64,000 nucleotides of DNA from Pseudomonadota bacterium (GTDB lineage: Bacteria > Myxococcota > JACRCW01 > JAFGSX01): positions 32,001 to 96,000 of the forward strand of contig JBDRCO010000068.1 of NCBI GenBank assembly GCA_043821645.1, given 5' to 3'. Below are positions 18,474 through 29,700 of this stretch, piece after piece. A program made the translations under genes and the position numbers. Position 1 is the first letter of the stretch. Every line of letters begins with the position of its first letter. A model generated the notes under the pieces. It saw only the letters and a list, made by a program, of their open reading frames with translations, did not search any database and was not told the origin of the DNA.

Positions 18474-18881
18474 TCACCACACACTGACAGAGAGGATGCG
18501 CACGTCGTAGGCCGGTGGGTCGTGGGCGTCCTCGGCGCACAGGTAGATCTCGAAGGTCAGGTCGCGCTGCTCGGCGTCCGGAGTCACGTGCAGCACCTGC
18601 GTGTCCTCGTCGTAGCTCCAGCCCCGGGGGATGGGACCCACCGCCAGGGTCAAGGCTTCGCCCTCGGGCTCGGTGGCGACGATCTCGAGATCGAGTGTCT
18701 CGCCCGGGGACAGGGCGAGGTCGCCACGGGTGAGCAGGGTGTTGCCCTTGGCATCCGTGAACCGGACTTCTCCAGCGCTCTCGATGAAGGGCGCGTCGTT
18801 CAGGGGCGAGGGGCCGCCGAAGATGTCGCAGCCCGTGCAGCACACCGTGATGAGCCACGCGCACAGGTGATCGCGCCGCAT
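18474..18881 (-). CDS. Small lipoprotein with Ig/cadherin-like domain
   Basis: VCCTGC lipobox-like segment, NDAP..., ATEPEGEALT. GGAGGTG RBS; translationally coupled to the upstream gene. Confidence 0.7.
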   Translation of the reverse strand: MRRDHLCAWLITVCCTGCDIFGGPSPLNDAPFIESAGEVRFTDAKGNTLLTRGDLALSPGETLDLEIVATEPEGEALTLAVGPIPRGWSYDEDTQVLHVTPDAEQRDLTFEIYLCAEDAHDPPAYDVRILSVSVW

Positions 18882-19810
18882 CACTTCACCTCCACGTCGA
18901 GGCGCACGAAGGGCAGGGGACCAAAGTCGCCTCCCACCACGGCGTAGAGCTGGTGACGCCCGCTGCTCCTTGGCAGGGTCCAGGTGTTGTCGACACCGAG
19001 CACGGGTACCGGGCCCAGGTTCGTGTCCCGCATCCCGCGATCCTGGTACAGCGTCAGGCCTCGGCGCGAGAGCTCGCCGCCACTGACGAACCACTGCACG
19101 GGTCTGTTCTCCTCGATGTCCACCACCGAGAAGCGGATGGTCAGCCTGTCGCCAGGGGAGGCACGCAGGGGTGCGTCGTCATCGAGGCCACGCGCGTGAT
19201 CGCTGACGCGGAGTCCGTCGATGAAGGGCCGCCGCAGCGCGCGCATGGGATCCGGGGTGAACAGGGCAAAGAAGAACTTGCGCGCGTAGCGAACCTGGTC
19301 GCCCTGGGTGGCGCGCAGGTACACGATGGCGTCGTCGTAGGGCACGGGGTCAGGTCTTTCCTCGGGACCAGGGCCCGCCTCGGGAACGATGGGCACGCCC
19401 GCCTCGTCGACCTCCCAACCTCCATCGCGCTCCCAGGGCTGCGGTGGCAGGTCCGGGATCGTGTAGGTGTAGGTCGTGTGTTCGCCGCGACCCAGGCGGA
19501 GCTCGCGCGGGGTACCCAGACAGTCCACGGTCCCGGAGACCGAATCGGCCGAGCCATAGGCATACGAGGGACAGTCCAGCCACTCCAGCTCCACGGGCTG
19601 GTCCGTGACCGACAGCACCAGGGCGCGCAGCTGTATCGGTTGCCCGGGGGACAGGGGCAGCGTGGCGCTGGAGTCCACCGGGCGCGCGTCGATGCCGGCG
19701 ATACGGAAGTCGCTCACCGCGTAGCGCATGAGCGCGGTGTAGCCAGGGTCCCCGTCCTTGGTGCAGGTGGTCGCCGCGAGCAGGAGAGTGAGCAGCACGA
19801 CGGTGCGCAT
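18881..19810 (-). CDS. Lipoprotein accessory to the TonB-dependent receptor
   Basis: MRTVVLLTLLLAATTC signal/lipobox. Directly downstream of the TBDR. Confidence 0.75.
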   Translation of the reverse strand: MRTVVLLTLLLAATTCTKDGDPGYTALMRYAVSDFRIAGIDARPVDSSATLPLSPGQPIQLRALVLSVTDQPVELEWLDCPSYAYGSADSVSGTVDCLGTPRELRLGRGEHTTYTYTIPDLPPQPWERDGGWEVDEAGVPIVPEAGPGPEERPDPVPYDDAIVYLRATQGDQVRYARKFFFALFTPDPMRALRRPFIDGLRVSDHARGLDDDAPLRASPGDRLTIRFSVVDIEENRPVQWFVSGGELSRRGLTLYQDRGMRDTNLGPVPVLGVDNTWTLPRSSGRHQLYAVVGGDFGPLPFVRLDVEVK

Positions 19811-19812
19811 GG

Positions 19813-22491
19813 TCAAAACTCCGCGCTCAGGCCAAAAAAAGGAATGATCGGAAACGAGCCGATGCTGGTGACGTCGAAAGTGTCGTAGCTGTACAGGTGC
19901 GTCTCTGCCAGGGGCAGAGGATTGGGCGCCACGTAGGCATTGTAGATGTCGAGGTACAGACCGACCTTGAACAGGTCGAAGGTGAAGGTCTTGTCGACCC
20001 GCACGTCGAGCTGGTGGTAGAGCGCATCCCGTGCCGCGTTGTGGGTGCCTCGCACCTGCTGGTATTCCCGCGTGTCGACGTCGAAGGCGCCGATGAAGGG
20101 CGTGTAGGGATTTCCCGACGCAAGCCTAAAGCGCGCGGACACCTCGAAACCCCAGCCGAGCTTGTAGGCGGCCACGGCGACGAGGTGGTGCGGCTGATCG
20201 TAGTCGCCCACGAAGGACGGCAGATCCCGGGTGCTGCGCAGCGACCGGCTCACGCTGTAGCTGATCCAGCCGAAGAAACGACCCTTGGGGCGTCGTCGTA
20301 GCGACAGTTCCATGCCATAGGCGTGGCCCCGGGACGGGATGTAGCGGATCAGGGGCTCGATGCTGGCCTCGCCGGTCTGCTCGTTGATCCGCGTCTCCCA
20401 GCCTGGTTCCTGCAAGGCCAGGCCCTCCATGCGCGACACGTAGAGCGAGACACCTGCCTCCAGCTCCCAGGGTAGCTGCACCTGCACGCCGCCCATGGCC
20501 TGATCCGACACGGTCAGGGGCAGCGACTCGGCGCCCAGCGCGGCGCTGGTCTTGACGTAGTCCGGGAGCTGGGTCTGGTGGCTGTAAGCAGCTCGCGCCG
20601 TGACGCCGAGGGCCGCGTCTTGCTCGACGATGATACGAGGATCCGCCCGCACGAAGTCCTGGCGGTGCTGGCGGTCGGCCTGCAACCTGGCGCCCGTCGT
20701 GATGCGTCCACCTGGCCACGGTTTTCCCTCGGCGGCGACGTAGAAACCAAGGCCGTAGGGTACATCGTGATCGCTGGGCAGCAGCTCATCGAGAAAGACG
20801 AGCTCGTCGGTGGGGCCGATGCTCTCGTCGCGAACCTCGCTGTCCAGGCCCACCCGCAGGGCCAGCCACCGGGCGGCAGGGATCCGGGCCTCCAGGCGTA
20901 GCGCGCCGACCTGGGTGTCCTGGCGCATGAGCGCCGCCACATCACCGGCGCCGCCAAGGCCGAGGATGTTGAGGTTGGTGCGGGTCCCCAGCAGCAGGGC
21001 GAGCTCGAGCTCGAGACCGCGGTCCAGGCGCGCCGTGGCGCCAGTGACGAGGTGATGAAAGGTCTGATCATAAATCGTCAAGTGTGAAGGGAGCTCTTCA
21101 TTCTGCCGGCCTTGCGCACGCATCAGCTGTTCGAGAATGTCCCGCACCAGCACGATGTCGATGGTCACGCCATCGTGGGCTCCAAAGACATTGGCGTAGG
21201 CGCGCAGCGACGGAGGTCCGCCGCTGACCCGCACGTTGTAGTCCCAGAAGGCCGGCAGGACGCTCAGCACGACCTCTCCTTGCGAACCCAGGAACGAGGC
21301 CGGGGCCAGCAGGGCCGGCAGGGTCAAGCCCAGGTAGCTGTAGCGGCCCCCGAGGTCCAGGCGCAGCTTGTCGTCGAACAGTGGGACGGTGGCGGCGCCC
21401 GCACTGTGGGTGATCCCGACGTCCGCGGACGCAGAAAACCGCTCGGCCTTGCCCTCACCCGAGCGCACATCGACCACGCCCTGGGCCGCGTTGCCATAGC
21501 GCAGGGGCACCGCGCCCGGAAAGAAGTCGATGCGGTCGATGAAGGCCGGGTCGATGACACTTTCGAGCACCCCGAAGTGAAACAGGAAGGGCACGGGGAA
21601 ACCGCCGAGGTACAGCGGCGTGTTGCCTGGCTCGCTGCCACGCACCACCACATCGCCCTCGAGAGCGCGCGGGCGTGCCACGCCGGGCAGGGTCTGCAGC
21701 ACGCGCACGGGGTCACCAAAGGTGCCGGGGATCCTGCGGACCTCCTGCTGGCTGAGGCGGATCACGGGTTCCTCGGCGCGGTCGTCGCGGCGCTCGCGCA
21801 CCACCGTGCGGTAGCGCTCGTCGACGTTCGACGGCAGGTACACCTCGACATTCGTGAGGTGGGTCCCGGTCACCGCCACGTCGAGCTCCGCGCTCTGGTG
21901 GCCGTCGGCCGCGACGATCAGGTGGTGGCGTCCCGCGGGCACGCGGCAGGTGAAGCGCCCCTTGGTGTCGGTCTCGAGGTCGAGCTCGGGTCCGATCACG
22001 CGGATCTGTGCACTGGCCAAAGGCTGCCGGGTCCCCTTCTCCAGCACCAGGCCGGTCAGGGTGTGCAGGGGCAGATCGGCATCCGGCGCCAGGTCCTCAA
22101 CGCCTGGTTCCTGTTGCAGCACGAAGTGGTAGGTGTACTCGATCTGCACGGCCACGGGTTTGCCGTCGAGGATCGCGGGCGCGAAGCGAAAGTGGCGCAG
22201 GGCTTCGGTCGCGGCCTCATCGAAGCCATGCCCGACCGGCTCGAGCACCTGGACCTCGCCAACCCGGCCCTCGGCATCCACGGTGACGGCCATGCGCACG
22301 GTGGCGGTGAGACCCTGGGCCAGCGCGTTCTGCGGATAGACCGCCTCGATCTGCTCCACCACCGTGGGCGGCTGGAGCTCCGCGGTGATGGTACCGGCAG
22401 GGGGTTCGGCTGCGACGGGCTGCTGTGCCAGGGAAAGGCTGCCGAGGAGCCCTGTGAAGCCAGCGATCAGCGCCTGTCTGCGCAGCGACAC
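19813..22491 (-). CDS. TonB-dependent receptor with N-terminal TonB C-terminal domain and carboxypeptidase-regulatory-like domain
   Basis: YP..A..G..ATVRMAVTVDAEG..FDEAATEALRHFRFAPA (TonB-C); plug IPGTFGDPVRVLQTLPGV; C-terminal FFGLSAEF. Confidence 0.92.
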   Translation of the reverse strand: MSLRRQALIAGFTGLLGSLSLAQQPVAAEPPAGTITAELQPPTVVEQIEAVYPQNALAQGLTATVRMAVTVDAEGRVGEVQVLEPVGHGFDEAATEALRHFRFAPAILDGKPVAVQIEYTYHFVLQQEPGVEDLAPDADLPLHTLTGLVLEKGTRQPLASAQIRVIGPELDLETDTKGRFTCRVPAGRHHLIVAADGHQSAELDVAVTGTHLTNVEVYLPSNVDERYRTVVRERRDDRAEEPVIRLSQQEVRRIPGTFGDPVRVLQTLPGVARPRALEGDVVVRGSEPGNTPLYLGGFPVPFLFHFGVLESVIDPAFIDRIDFFPGAVPLRYGNAAQGVVDVRSGEGKAERFSASADVGITHSAGAATVPLFDDKLRLDLGGRYSYLGLTLPALLAPASFLGSQGEVVLSVLPAFWDYNVRVSGGPPSLRAYANVFGAHDGVTIDIVLVRDILEQLMRAQGRQNEELPSHLTIYDQTFHHLVTGATARLDRGLELELALLLGTRTNLNILGLGGAGDVAALMRQDTQVGALRLEARIPAARWLALRVGLDSEVRDESIGPTDELVFLDELLPSDHDVPYGLGFYVAAEGKPWPGGRITTGARLQADRQHRQDFVRADPRIIVEQDAALGVTARAAYSHQTQLPDYVKTSAALGAESLPLTVSDQAMGGVQVQLPWELEAGVSLYVSRMEGLALQEPGWETRINEQTGEASIEPLIRYIPSRGHAYGMELSLRRRPKGRFFGWISYSVSRSLRSTRDLPSFVGDYDQPHHLVAVAAYKLGWGFEVSARFRLASGNPYTPFIGAFDVDTREYQQVRGTHNAARDALYHQLDVRVDKTFTFDLFKVGLYLDIYNAYVAPNPLPLAETHLYSYDTFDVTSIGSFPIIPFFGLSAEF

Positions 22492-22709
22492 GGGGTTTAT
22501 CCATGGTTATGGCTGGACTTCCAGCCCAGGGTTTTCTAGTTAGCGCGTGGATAGCATGGTTCAGGTACCGTGCGTTAGCACTCGTGTCCGGACTTAGGTA
22601 ACGCACAAGTGCGTGACGGATGGTTGGGGAGTGGTTGGCACCTGTCCCAGGTGTCGGAGGGGAGGCCAGGCGCTCTGTGCCTGACCTGGTCCAGACAATG
22701 GAGGGCGTG

Positions 22710-24731
22710 ATGCGCTCATTGATTTGCATGGCATGTGTGCTGCTCGCCTTCGACACCGCGAGCGCGCGAGTGCAGCCATTGGCGGGGGAGGGCACCGGCC
22801 GAGAGCTGGTCGTGGCCAAGAAGGCCAAGGCCAAGAAGCCGGCAGCCAAGAAGAAGCGCGCCCAGCCCAAGGATCCCAAGGGCGCAGCGACCACCGCCGC
22901 GCTCGAGGGCGACAAGCTGCTGCAAGGTGGCGACGCAGGGGCTGCCCTGGCCAAGTACGAGGAGGCCCTGGAGTACGACGCTGGCAATGTGCTGGCGCTG
23001 CGGGGCATGGGCGAGATCGAGTTCGGGAACGGCCGTTTCGACGAGGCTGCGGCCTATTTCGAGAAGGCCATCGCCGCGGATCCGACCTATGCCCAGGGCT
23101 ACTACAATCTGGGTTATGCCCTGCGCAAGGGAGGCAAGTATCCCGAGGCGGCCAAGGCCTACGGCGAGTTCATCCAGCGCAGTCCTGCCGAGGCGGATGG
23201 ATACTACGGCTACGCCGAGTCCCTGAGGCTCTCCGGCGACAAGCTCAAGGCTGCCGACTTCTTTGACAAGTACGCCGAGGTTGAAAAGCGTCCCTCGGAG
23301 CGCGAGTGGGTCGACAAGGCCAAGGTCACGGCCAAGCAGCTGCGCACCGAGGCGTCGGCCGACAAGATTGCCGCCGAAAAGGCTGCGGCCGAGAAGCTGG
23401 CGGCGGAGCGCGCGGCTGCGGCGAAGGCAGCCGCGGAACAAGCCGCAGCCGAAAAAGCGGCCGCCGAGAAGGCCGCGGCCGAGCGGGCAGCGGTCGAGAA
23501 GGCAGCCGCCGAGAAGCTGGCTGCCGACAGAGCGGCTGCCGAGAAGCTGGCAGCGGAGCGTGCAGCGGCGGACAAAGCAGCGGCGGACAGGGCTGCCGCC
23601 GAACGTGCTGCTGCCGACAAGGCTGCTGCCGACAAGGCCGCCGCGGAACGTGCTGCGGCGCAGGCCGCCCTGGCTGAAAAAGCAGCAGCCGAACGTGCGG
23701 CGGCGGAGAAGGCAGCGGCCGCTGCAGCAGCGGCAGCCGCGGCGCAGGCAGCCGCCGACAGGGCCGCCACGGACAAGGCTGCGGCAGATAGAGCGGCAGC
23801 GGCAAAGGCAGCAGCAGATGCCGCGGCGATCGCGGCGGCCAAGGCAGCAGCAGATCGCTCGGCGGCGGATAGAGCCGCAGCGGATCGAGCGGCGGCGGAC
23901 CGGGCAGCGGCAGAGCGAGCAGCCGCTGACAAGGTGGCCGCAGATCGAGCAGCGGCGGATCGAGCAGCAGCAGATCGTGCAGCCGCTGACAGAGCGGCAG
24001 CGGACAGGGCCGCCGCGGCCAGGTCACCATCGACGGCACAACCTTCCACGGGTGATCAGCAACTGGCCCTGCGCCTGATGGCTCAGGGCGATGCGGACCT
24101 CAAGGCCAAGCGCCTTGGAAGCGCCAAGCAGTCCTACCTGTCAGCGCTGCAGAAGATGCCCGCCAGCGTCGAGGCCAACTACAAGCTGGGTCTGGTCTAC
24201 GCCATGAGTGACGAGTATGACGCGGCAGCACAGCAGTTTCAGCAAGTGCTGCGCATCGACCCCAACAACGCCGGTGCCAAGGCCAACCTGGAGCGGGCGC
24301 GCAAGAAGGCGGCGCTGGATAGACAGAAGAAGGGCGGCGACAGCCTCGGCCTGCCCCCGGAGGTGCAGTCCCAGGGTCTGTATCGCGAGGCCGTGCAGCT
24401 GATCACCCAGCGCCAGTACCGCGACGCCATCGTCAAGCTCGACGAGTCGCTGCGCATCAAGCATGACTTCGCCCTGGCCTACGTGGCCCGGGGCAGTGCC
24501 TACGTCGGCATCGCGGACTACCGCCGGGCCATCGCCGAATACCAGAAGGCGTTGACCTTCGACGGTGCCCTTGCCTCACCCTATTATGGCCTGGCCGAGG
24601 CCTACCGTGGCCTCGGAGACAGCGTTCAAGCGCGCGCGAACTACAAGCGGTACGTGGACAGCAAGGGACGTGATCGCGACCCCAACATGGCCAAGGCTGC
24701 CGATGCCTGGATCCAGAAGCTCGGGGGTTAG
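22710..24731 (+). CDS. Secreted TPR protein with long Ala-rich (AEKAA/ADRAA) helical linker
   Basis: Signal peptide; TPR clusters at both ends; central 5-residue Ala-rich repeat; GGAGGG RBS. Confidence 0.88.
   Translation: MRSLICMACVLLAFDTASARVQPLAGEGTGRELVVAKKAKAKKPAAKKKRAQPKDPKGAATTAALEGDKLLQGGDAGAALAKYEEALEYDAGNVLALRGMGEIEFGNGRFDEAAAYFEKAIAADPTYAQGYYNLGYALRKGGKYPEAAKAYGEFIQRSPAEADGYYGYAESLRLSGDKLKAADFFDKYAEVEKRPSEREWVDKAKVTAKQLRTEASADKIAAEKAAAEKLAAERAAAAKAAAEQAAAEKAAAEKAAAERAAVEKAAAEKLAADRAAAEKLAAERAAADKAAADRAAAERAAADKAAADKAAAERAAAQAALAEKAAAERAAAEKAAAAAAAAAAAQAAADRAATDKAAADRAAAAKAAADAAAIAAAKAAADRSAADRAAADRAAADRAAAERAAADKVAADRAAADRAAADRAAADRAAADRAAAARSPSTAQPSTGDQQLALRLMAQGDADLKAKRLGSAKQSYLSALQKMPASVEANYKLGLVYAMSDEYDAAAQQFQQVLRIDPNNAGAKANLERARKKAALDRQKKGGDSLGLPPEVQSQGLYREAVQLITQRQYRDAIVKLDESLRIKHDFALAYVARGSAYVGIADYRRAIAEYQKALTFDGALASPYYGLAEAYRGLGDSVQARANYKRYVDSKGRDRDPNMAKAADAWIQKLGG
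23350..24020 (+). repeat. Degenerate 15-bp / 5-aa tandem repeat A[ED][KR]AA
   Basis: Translation AEKAAAEKLAAERAAA...ADRAAADRAAADRAAA over ~220 aa. Confidence 0.9.
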
Positions 24732-24750
24732 GGTCGGGGTGCGCAGCGAC

Positions 24751-26283
24751 ATGAAATCAAGCACCGAACGCCTGCGGGACGAGCTCGAGCGCGTCCACCA
24801 GGGCGGCGCCAAGAAGTATCACGACAAGAATGCCAGCGAGGGCAAGCTGTTTGCCCGGGAGCGCGTGCGTCTGCTGCTCGACGCCGACAGCTTTGTCGAG
24901 GACGGAGCCCTGGCCAACAACCAGGCCCCGGAGCTGCCCGCGGATGGCCTGGTGTGCGGCTTGGGCAAGATCCACGGACGTCCTGTGGCGGTCATCGCCA
25001 ACGACCAGACGGTCAAGGCCGGAAGCTGGGGCGAGCTCACCGTCGAGAAGATCGTCCGCACCCAGGAACTCGCGGGACGCTTCGGCATCCCGCTGTTCTA
25101 CCTGGTCGACTCGGCGGGTGCGCGCATCACGGATCAGATCCGCATGTTTCCGGGCCGCCGCCACGCCGGGCGCATCTTTCACAACGAGGTGCAGCTGTCG
25201 GGCTACGTGCCGCAGATCTGCCTGCTGTTCGGCCCCAGTGCCGCCGGCGGCGCGTACATCCCGGCCTTTTGCGACATCGTCATCATGGTCCGTAACAACG
25301 CCGCCATGTACCTTGGCAGCCCGCGCATGGCCGAGATGGTCATCGGTGAGCGCGCCTCGCTCAACGACATGGGCGGCGCGCGCATGCACTGCGAGATCTC
25401 GGGCTGCGGCGACATCCTCGTCGACGATGACCAGGCTGCCATCGACACCGCCCGCCGTTACCTCGGCTACTTCCCCCAGAACTACGCCGAGCTCTTGCCG
25501 CCGGCAGTGAGCCGGGATCCTTCGCCCAAGGCACGCCCCATCGACGACATCGTGCCACAGCACCAGAATCAGATCTTCGACATGCGGCTGCTCATCGAGG
25601 CCCTGGTCGACGAGGACAGCTGGTTCGAGATCAAGAAGCTGTACGCCCGCGAGATCCTGACCGGCCTGGCACGCCTGGGAGGTCGGGTGGTGGGCATCGT
25701 CGCCAACCAGAGCAAGCACCTCGGCGGCGTGCTGTTCGTCAACTCCGCGGACAAGGCGGCGCGCTTCGTCAACCTGTGCGACGCCTTTGGCATCCCCCTG
25801 ATCTTTCTCGCCGACGTGCCCGGGTTCATGATCGGCAGCAAGGTCGAGAAAGAAGGCATCATCCGCCACGGCGCGAAGATGATCGCGGCCATCAGCGAGG
25901 CCACCGTGCCCAGGTTCTGCGTCGTCGTGCGCAAGGCCTACGGTGCAGGTCTCTACGCCATGAGCGGACCGGGCTTCGATCCCGACGCCACCCTGGCGTT
26001 GCCCCAGGCCATGATCGCGGTCATGGGACCCGAGGCCGCGGTCAATGCGGTTTACTTCAACAAGATCCAGGAGCAGCCCGAGGCCGAACGCGAGGCCTTC
26101 GTGGAGCGCCTGCGTCAGGAATACCGCGAGGACATCGACCTGATGCGGCTGGCTGGCAACCTCATCGTCGACGCAGTGGTACCGCCGGCCGCGCTGCGAC
26201 GGGAACTGCTGGCGCGCCTCGACCTGGCCAGGACCAAGCGCGTGCACAGCTACCCCAAGAAGAGAGCTGTGCTGCCGGTCTGA
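24751..26283 (+). CDS. Acyl-CoA carboxylase carboxyltransferase (beta) subunit, LiuB/MccB-like
   Basis: ARERVRLLLD, VKAGSWG, DSAGARITDQ, GPSAAGGAYIP, ADVPGFMIG, RKAYGAG, IAVMGPEAAV. Confidence 0.93.
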   Translation: MKSSTERLRDELERVHQGGAKKYHDKNASEGKLFARERVRLLLDADSFVEDGALANNQAPELPADGLVCGLGKIHGRPVAVIANDQTVKAGSWGELTVEKIVRTQELAGRFGIPLFYLVDSAGARITDQIRMFPGRRHAGRIFHNEVQLSGYVPQICLLFGPSAAGGAYIPAFCDIVIMVRNNAAMYLGSPRMAEMVIGERASLNDMGGARMHCEISGCGDILVDDDQAAIDTARRYLGYFPQNYAELLPPAVSRDPSPKARPIDDIVPQHQNQIFDMRLLIEALVDEDSWFEIKKLYAREILTGLARLGGRVVGIVANQSKHLGGVLFVNSADKAARFVNLCDAFGIPLIFLADVPGFMIGSKVEKEGIIRHGAKMIAAISEATVPRFCVVVRKAYGAGLYAMSGPGFDPDATLALPQAMIAVMGPEAAVNAVYFNKIQEQPEAEREAFVERLRQEYREDIDLMRLAGNLIVDAVVPPAALRRELLARLDLARTKRVHSYPKKRAVLPV

Positions 26284-26309
26284 GCGGCATTCCGGGGACG
26301 GAGGGATCC

Positions 26310-26783
26310 ATGGCGACGAGATCCGGGATGGCAGTGCTGGTACTGGCCGCGGTGCTCGGTCTGTCCCTGGCCCAGGCCCAGCGCAAGCCCATGCCGCGCA
26401 AGGTGGCCATCGTGAAGGGCAGCGAGCGCCCCCTGCACCTGATCGCCGACGGCAAGGCAGGTGCCCGGGTGCTGCTCGACGCCGAGAGCAGCGGCCAGAC
26501 CGCGCTGTCGTTGACCACCTTGACCATGCTGCCAGGCTGCGTCATCGCCAGCCACAGTCACGCCGACGCCACCGAGGTGCTGTACCTGGAAAGCGGGCGC
26601 GGCCTGCTGACCTTCGGCTCGTCGGAGCGCGAAGTGGGCGCCGGCGATGCGCTGTACCTGCCGCCGGGGGTGCCGCACAGCTTCAAGGTGCAAAGCCAGG
26701 TCGAACCGGTGCGGGCGGTGCAGATCTACCTTCCTGGCGGATCCGAGCAGCGCTTCCTCAAGGGCGCCGTGGTGCCGGACTGA
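26310..26783 (+). CDS. Secreted cupin-domain protein
   Basis: Signal peptide; HSH..EVLYLESG..GDALYLPPGVPHSF cupin motifs; GGAGGG RBS. Confidence 0.88.
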   Translation: MATRSGMAVLVLAAVLGLSLAQAQRKPMPRKVAIVKGSERPLHLIADGKAGARVLLDAESSGQTALSLTTLTMLPGCVIASHSHADATEVLYLESGRGLLTFGSSEREVGAGDALYLPPGVPHSFKVQSQVEPVRAVQIYLPGGSEQRFLKGAVVPD

Positions 26784-27370
26784 TGCGACCTGCGCTCCCG
26801 ATCCCGCCCCTGACCCTGGCGCTGGCTGGCGTGATGCTGCTGGCCTCCACCGGTCGAGCCTCCGAAGATGTGAGGCAATGCCTTGACCGTCACCAGGCCC
26901 AGGATGTCGTGCTCGAGATGCAGCGCGAGGCCCAGTTCGTGCGCATCGAGCACATCTGTCCATTGTGGAGCCGGCCCCTGCAGCTCCAGGGCGTCAAGGT
27001 GCTGGCGACGGATCTCGACGAGGATGCCGGTGCCCCGGTGGCCGTGCTGCGGGTCGAGCTTGCCCATCAGTCGGCCTTCGAACGTCGGGTGCGCGTCGGC
27101 GACCGCGTGGGCGAGCGCTGGGTGGTGGTGGCGGCCGGCGACGGCATCGTCCTGTTTGACGACGAGGGAACGCTCCTGGCTGCCCTCGATGGCAGACCGG
27201 TCGTGCAGTGGCGCCTGACCTGGCACTCGCCGTTTTCGGTGGCTGGTCTGCCCGCAGCCACGGCCACCGCTCCCGCCGCGGCACCACCTGGCAAGTCGGC
27301 CAAGGCGGCCAAGGTCACCGCCCCCGCGGCCAAGCAGCCCAGCCGGCCGCTCTCCAAGAACCGCAAGTAG
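26783..27370 (+). CDS. Hypothetical secreted protein (weak PilP/GspC-like beta pattern)
   Basis: TGATG coupling to the cupin gene, signal peptide, VRVGDRVGERWVVVA and an Ala/Lys/Pro tail. Confidence 0.6.
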   Translation: MRPALPIPPLTLALAGVMLLASTGRASEDVRQCLDRHQAQDVVLEMQREAQFVRIEHICPLWSRPLQLQGVKVLATDLDEDAGAPVAVLRVELAHQSAFERRVRVGDRVGERWVVVAAGDGIVLFDDEGTLLAALDGRPVVQWRLTWHSPFSVAGLPAATATAPAAAPPGKSAKAAKVTAPAAKQPSRPLSKNRK

Positions 27371-27426
27371 CGTCAAAAAGCGCAGTGGCTGAGAGGGTCT
27401 GCCCACGACGCGATGCGTAACGGCGC

Positions 27427-27455
27427 TTGACGCTGTGCCTGGCGCCACGGATACT
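27427..27455 (+). promoter_or_regulatory. sigma70-type promoter
   Basis: TTGACG-N17-GATACT just upstream of the GbsR-type gene. Confidence 0.55.
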
Positions 27456-27479
27456 GCCCAGGTGACCAGTCCCGAACCC

Positions 27480-28028
27480 ATGCAGCAGCTGGACAGTGCC
27501 CGCGAGGTCGCTGTCGAGGTGCTCGGCCAGCTCGCCGAGTTCTGGGGCTTCACCCGCACCATGGGCCGGATCTTCGGGCTCATCTACCTGAGCCCAGAGC
27601 CCCTGACCCAGGCCGACCTCGCCGGACAGCTCGACATCAGCTCTGCCAGCGTGTCGCTGAGCATCAGCGGCCTGGTGCGCTGGGGGGCTGTGCGCAAGGC
27701 CTACGGCAAGGGCAGCCGCAAGCTGCGCTACGAGGCCGAGACCGATTTCCGGAAGATCGTGACCTCGGTGCTGGACAGCCGCGAGCGCCAGACCCTCGAG
27801 GACGCGGTCGACGCCGTGGCGCACGCCCTGGACAAGCTGGACGCTCGGCGCGAGATCGGCGGCGAGGTCGACGAGGCCACGCGCTTCGTGCTGGAGCGGC
27901 TGCAACACCTCGAGAGCGTGTACAGGCTGAGCTTCCAGCTGCTCAAGCTGCTGCTCGATACCGGACGCATCGACGTCGACGCGGTGGCAGGGATGCTCGG
28001 GCACACCGCCATGCGCAGACCCCGCTAG
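27480..28028 (+). CDS. GbsR/MarR-family transcriptional regulator
   Basis: FWGFTRTMGRIFGLIYLSPEPLT..L..L.ISSASVS..L..WGAV..RKLRYEAETD. The start could instead be GTG 27462. Confidence 0.9.
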   Translation: MQQLDSAREVAVEVLGQLAEFWGFTRTMGRIFGLIYLSPEPLTQADLAGQLDISSASVSLSISGLVRWGAVRKAYGKGSRKLRYEAETDFRKIVTSVLDSRERQTLEDAVDAVAHALDKLDARREIGGEVDEATRFVLERLQHLESVYRLSFQLLKLLLDTGRIDVDAVAGMLGHTAMRRPR

Positions 28029-28399
28029 GGAGATCGCCACTTCGCATTCCGGGCATCTCGTTGCCGGCCTTGCAGTTGAGCGTCCCCTGCAGCTCTGCAT
28101 GCCAGTGCGGTCCAAGCACCTTTGAAGGTCTCTGTCCCCCCCCCATGAAGCCGTCGAGCCTGGGGGCGAGGGCTCAGAATCATCCCCTGCCTGGGGCCAG
28201 CGCCACACCGGCGACTCAGCCAATGGCGTGGAGTTACGCCAGCTTCCAGAAATCTCTCCACAGGATCTGGAATCTACTGTCTTTACGATGCGTTGCGTCA
28301 GTATTTTTTTCTTTTAATAATTTTTAAAAATGGTAAACGAACGCCGTCTAATCGGGTACATTGTGTGGGTCCATCCCCCCATGGAGCGTCGTCAGACTC

Positions 28400-29695
<1,296 letters not shown>

Positions 29696-29700
29696 GGGCG

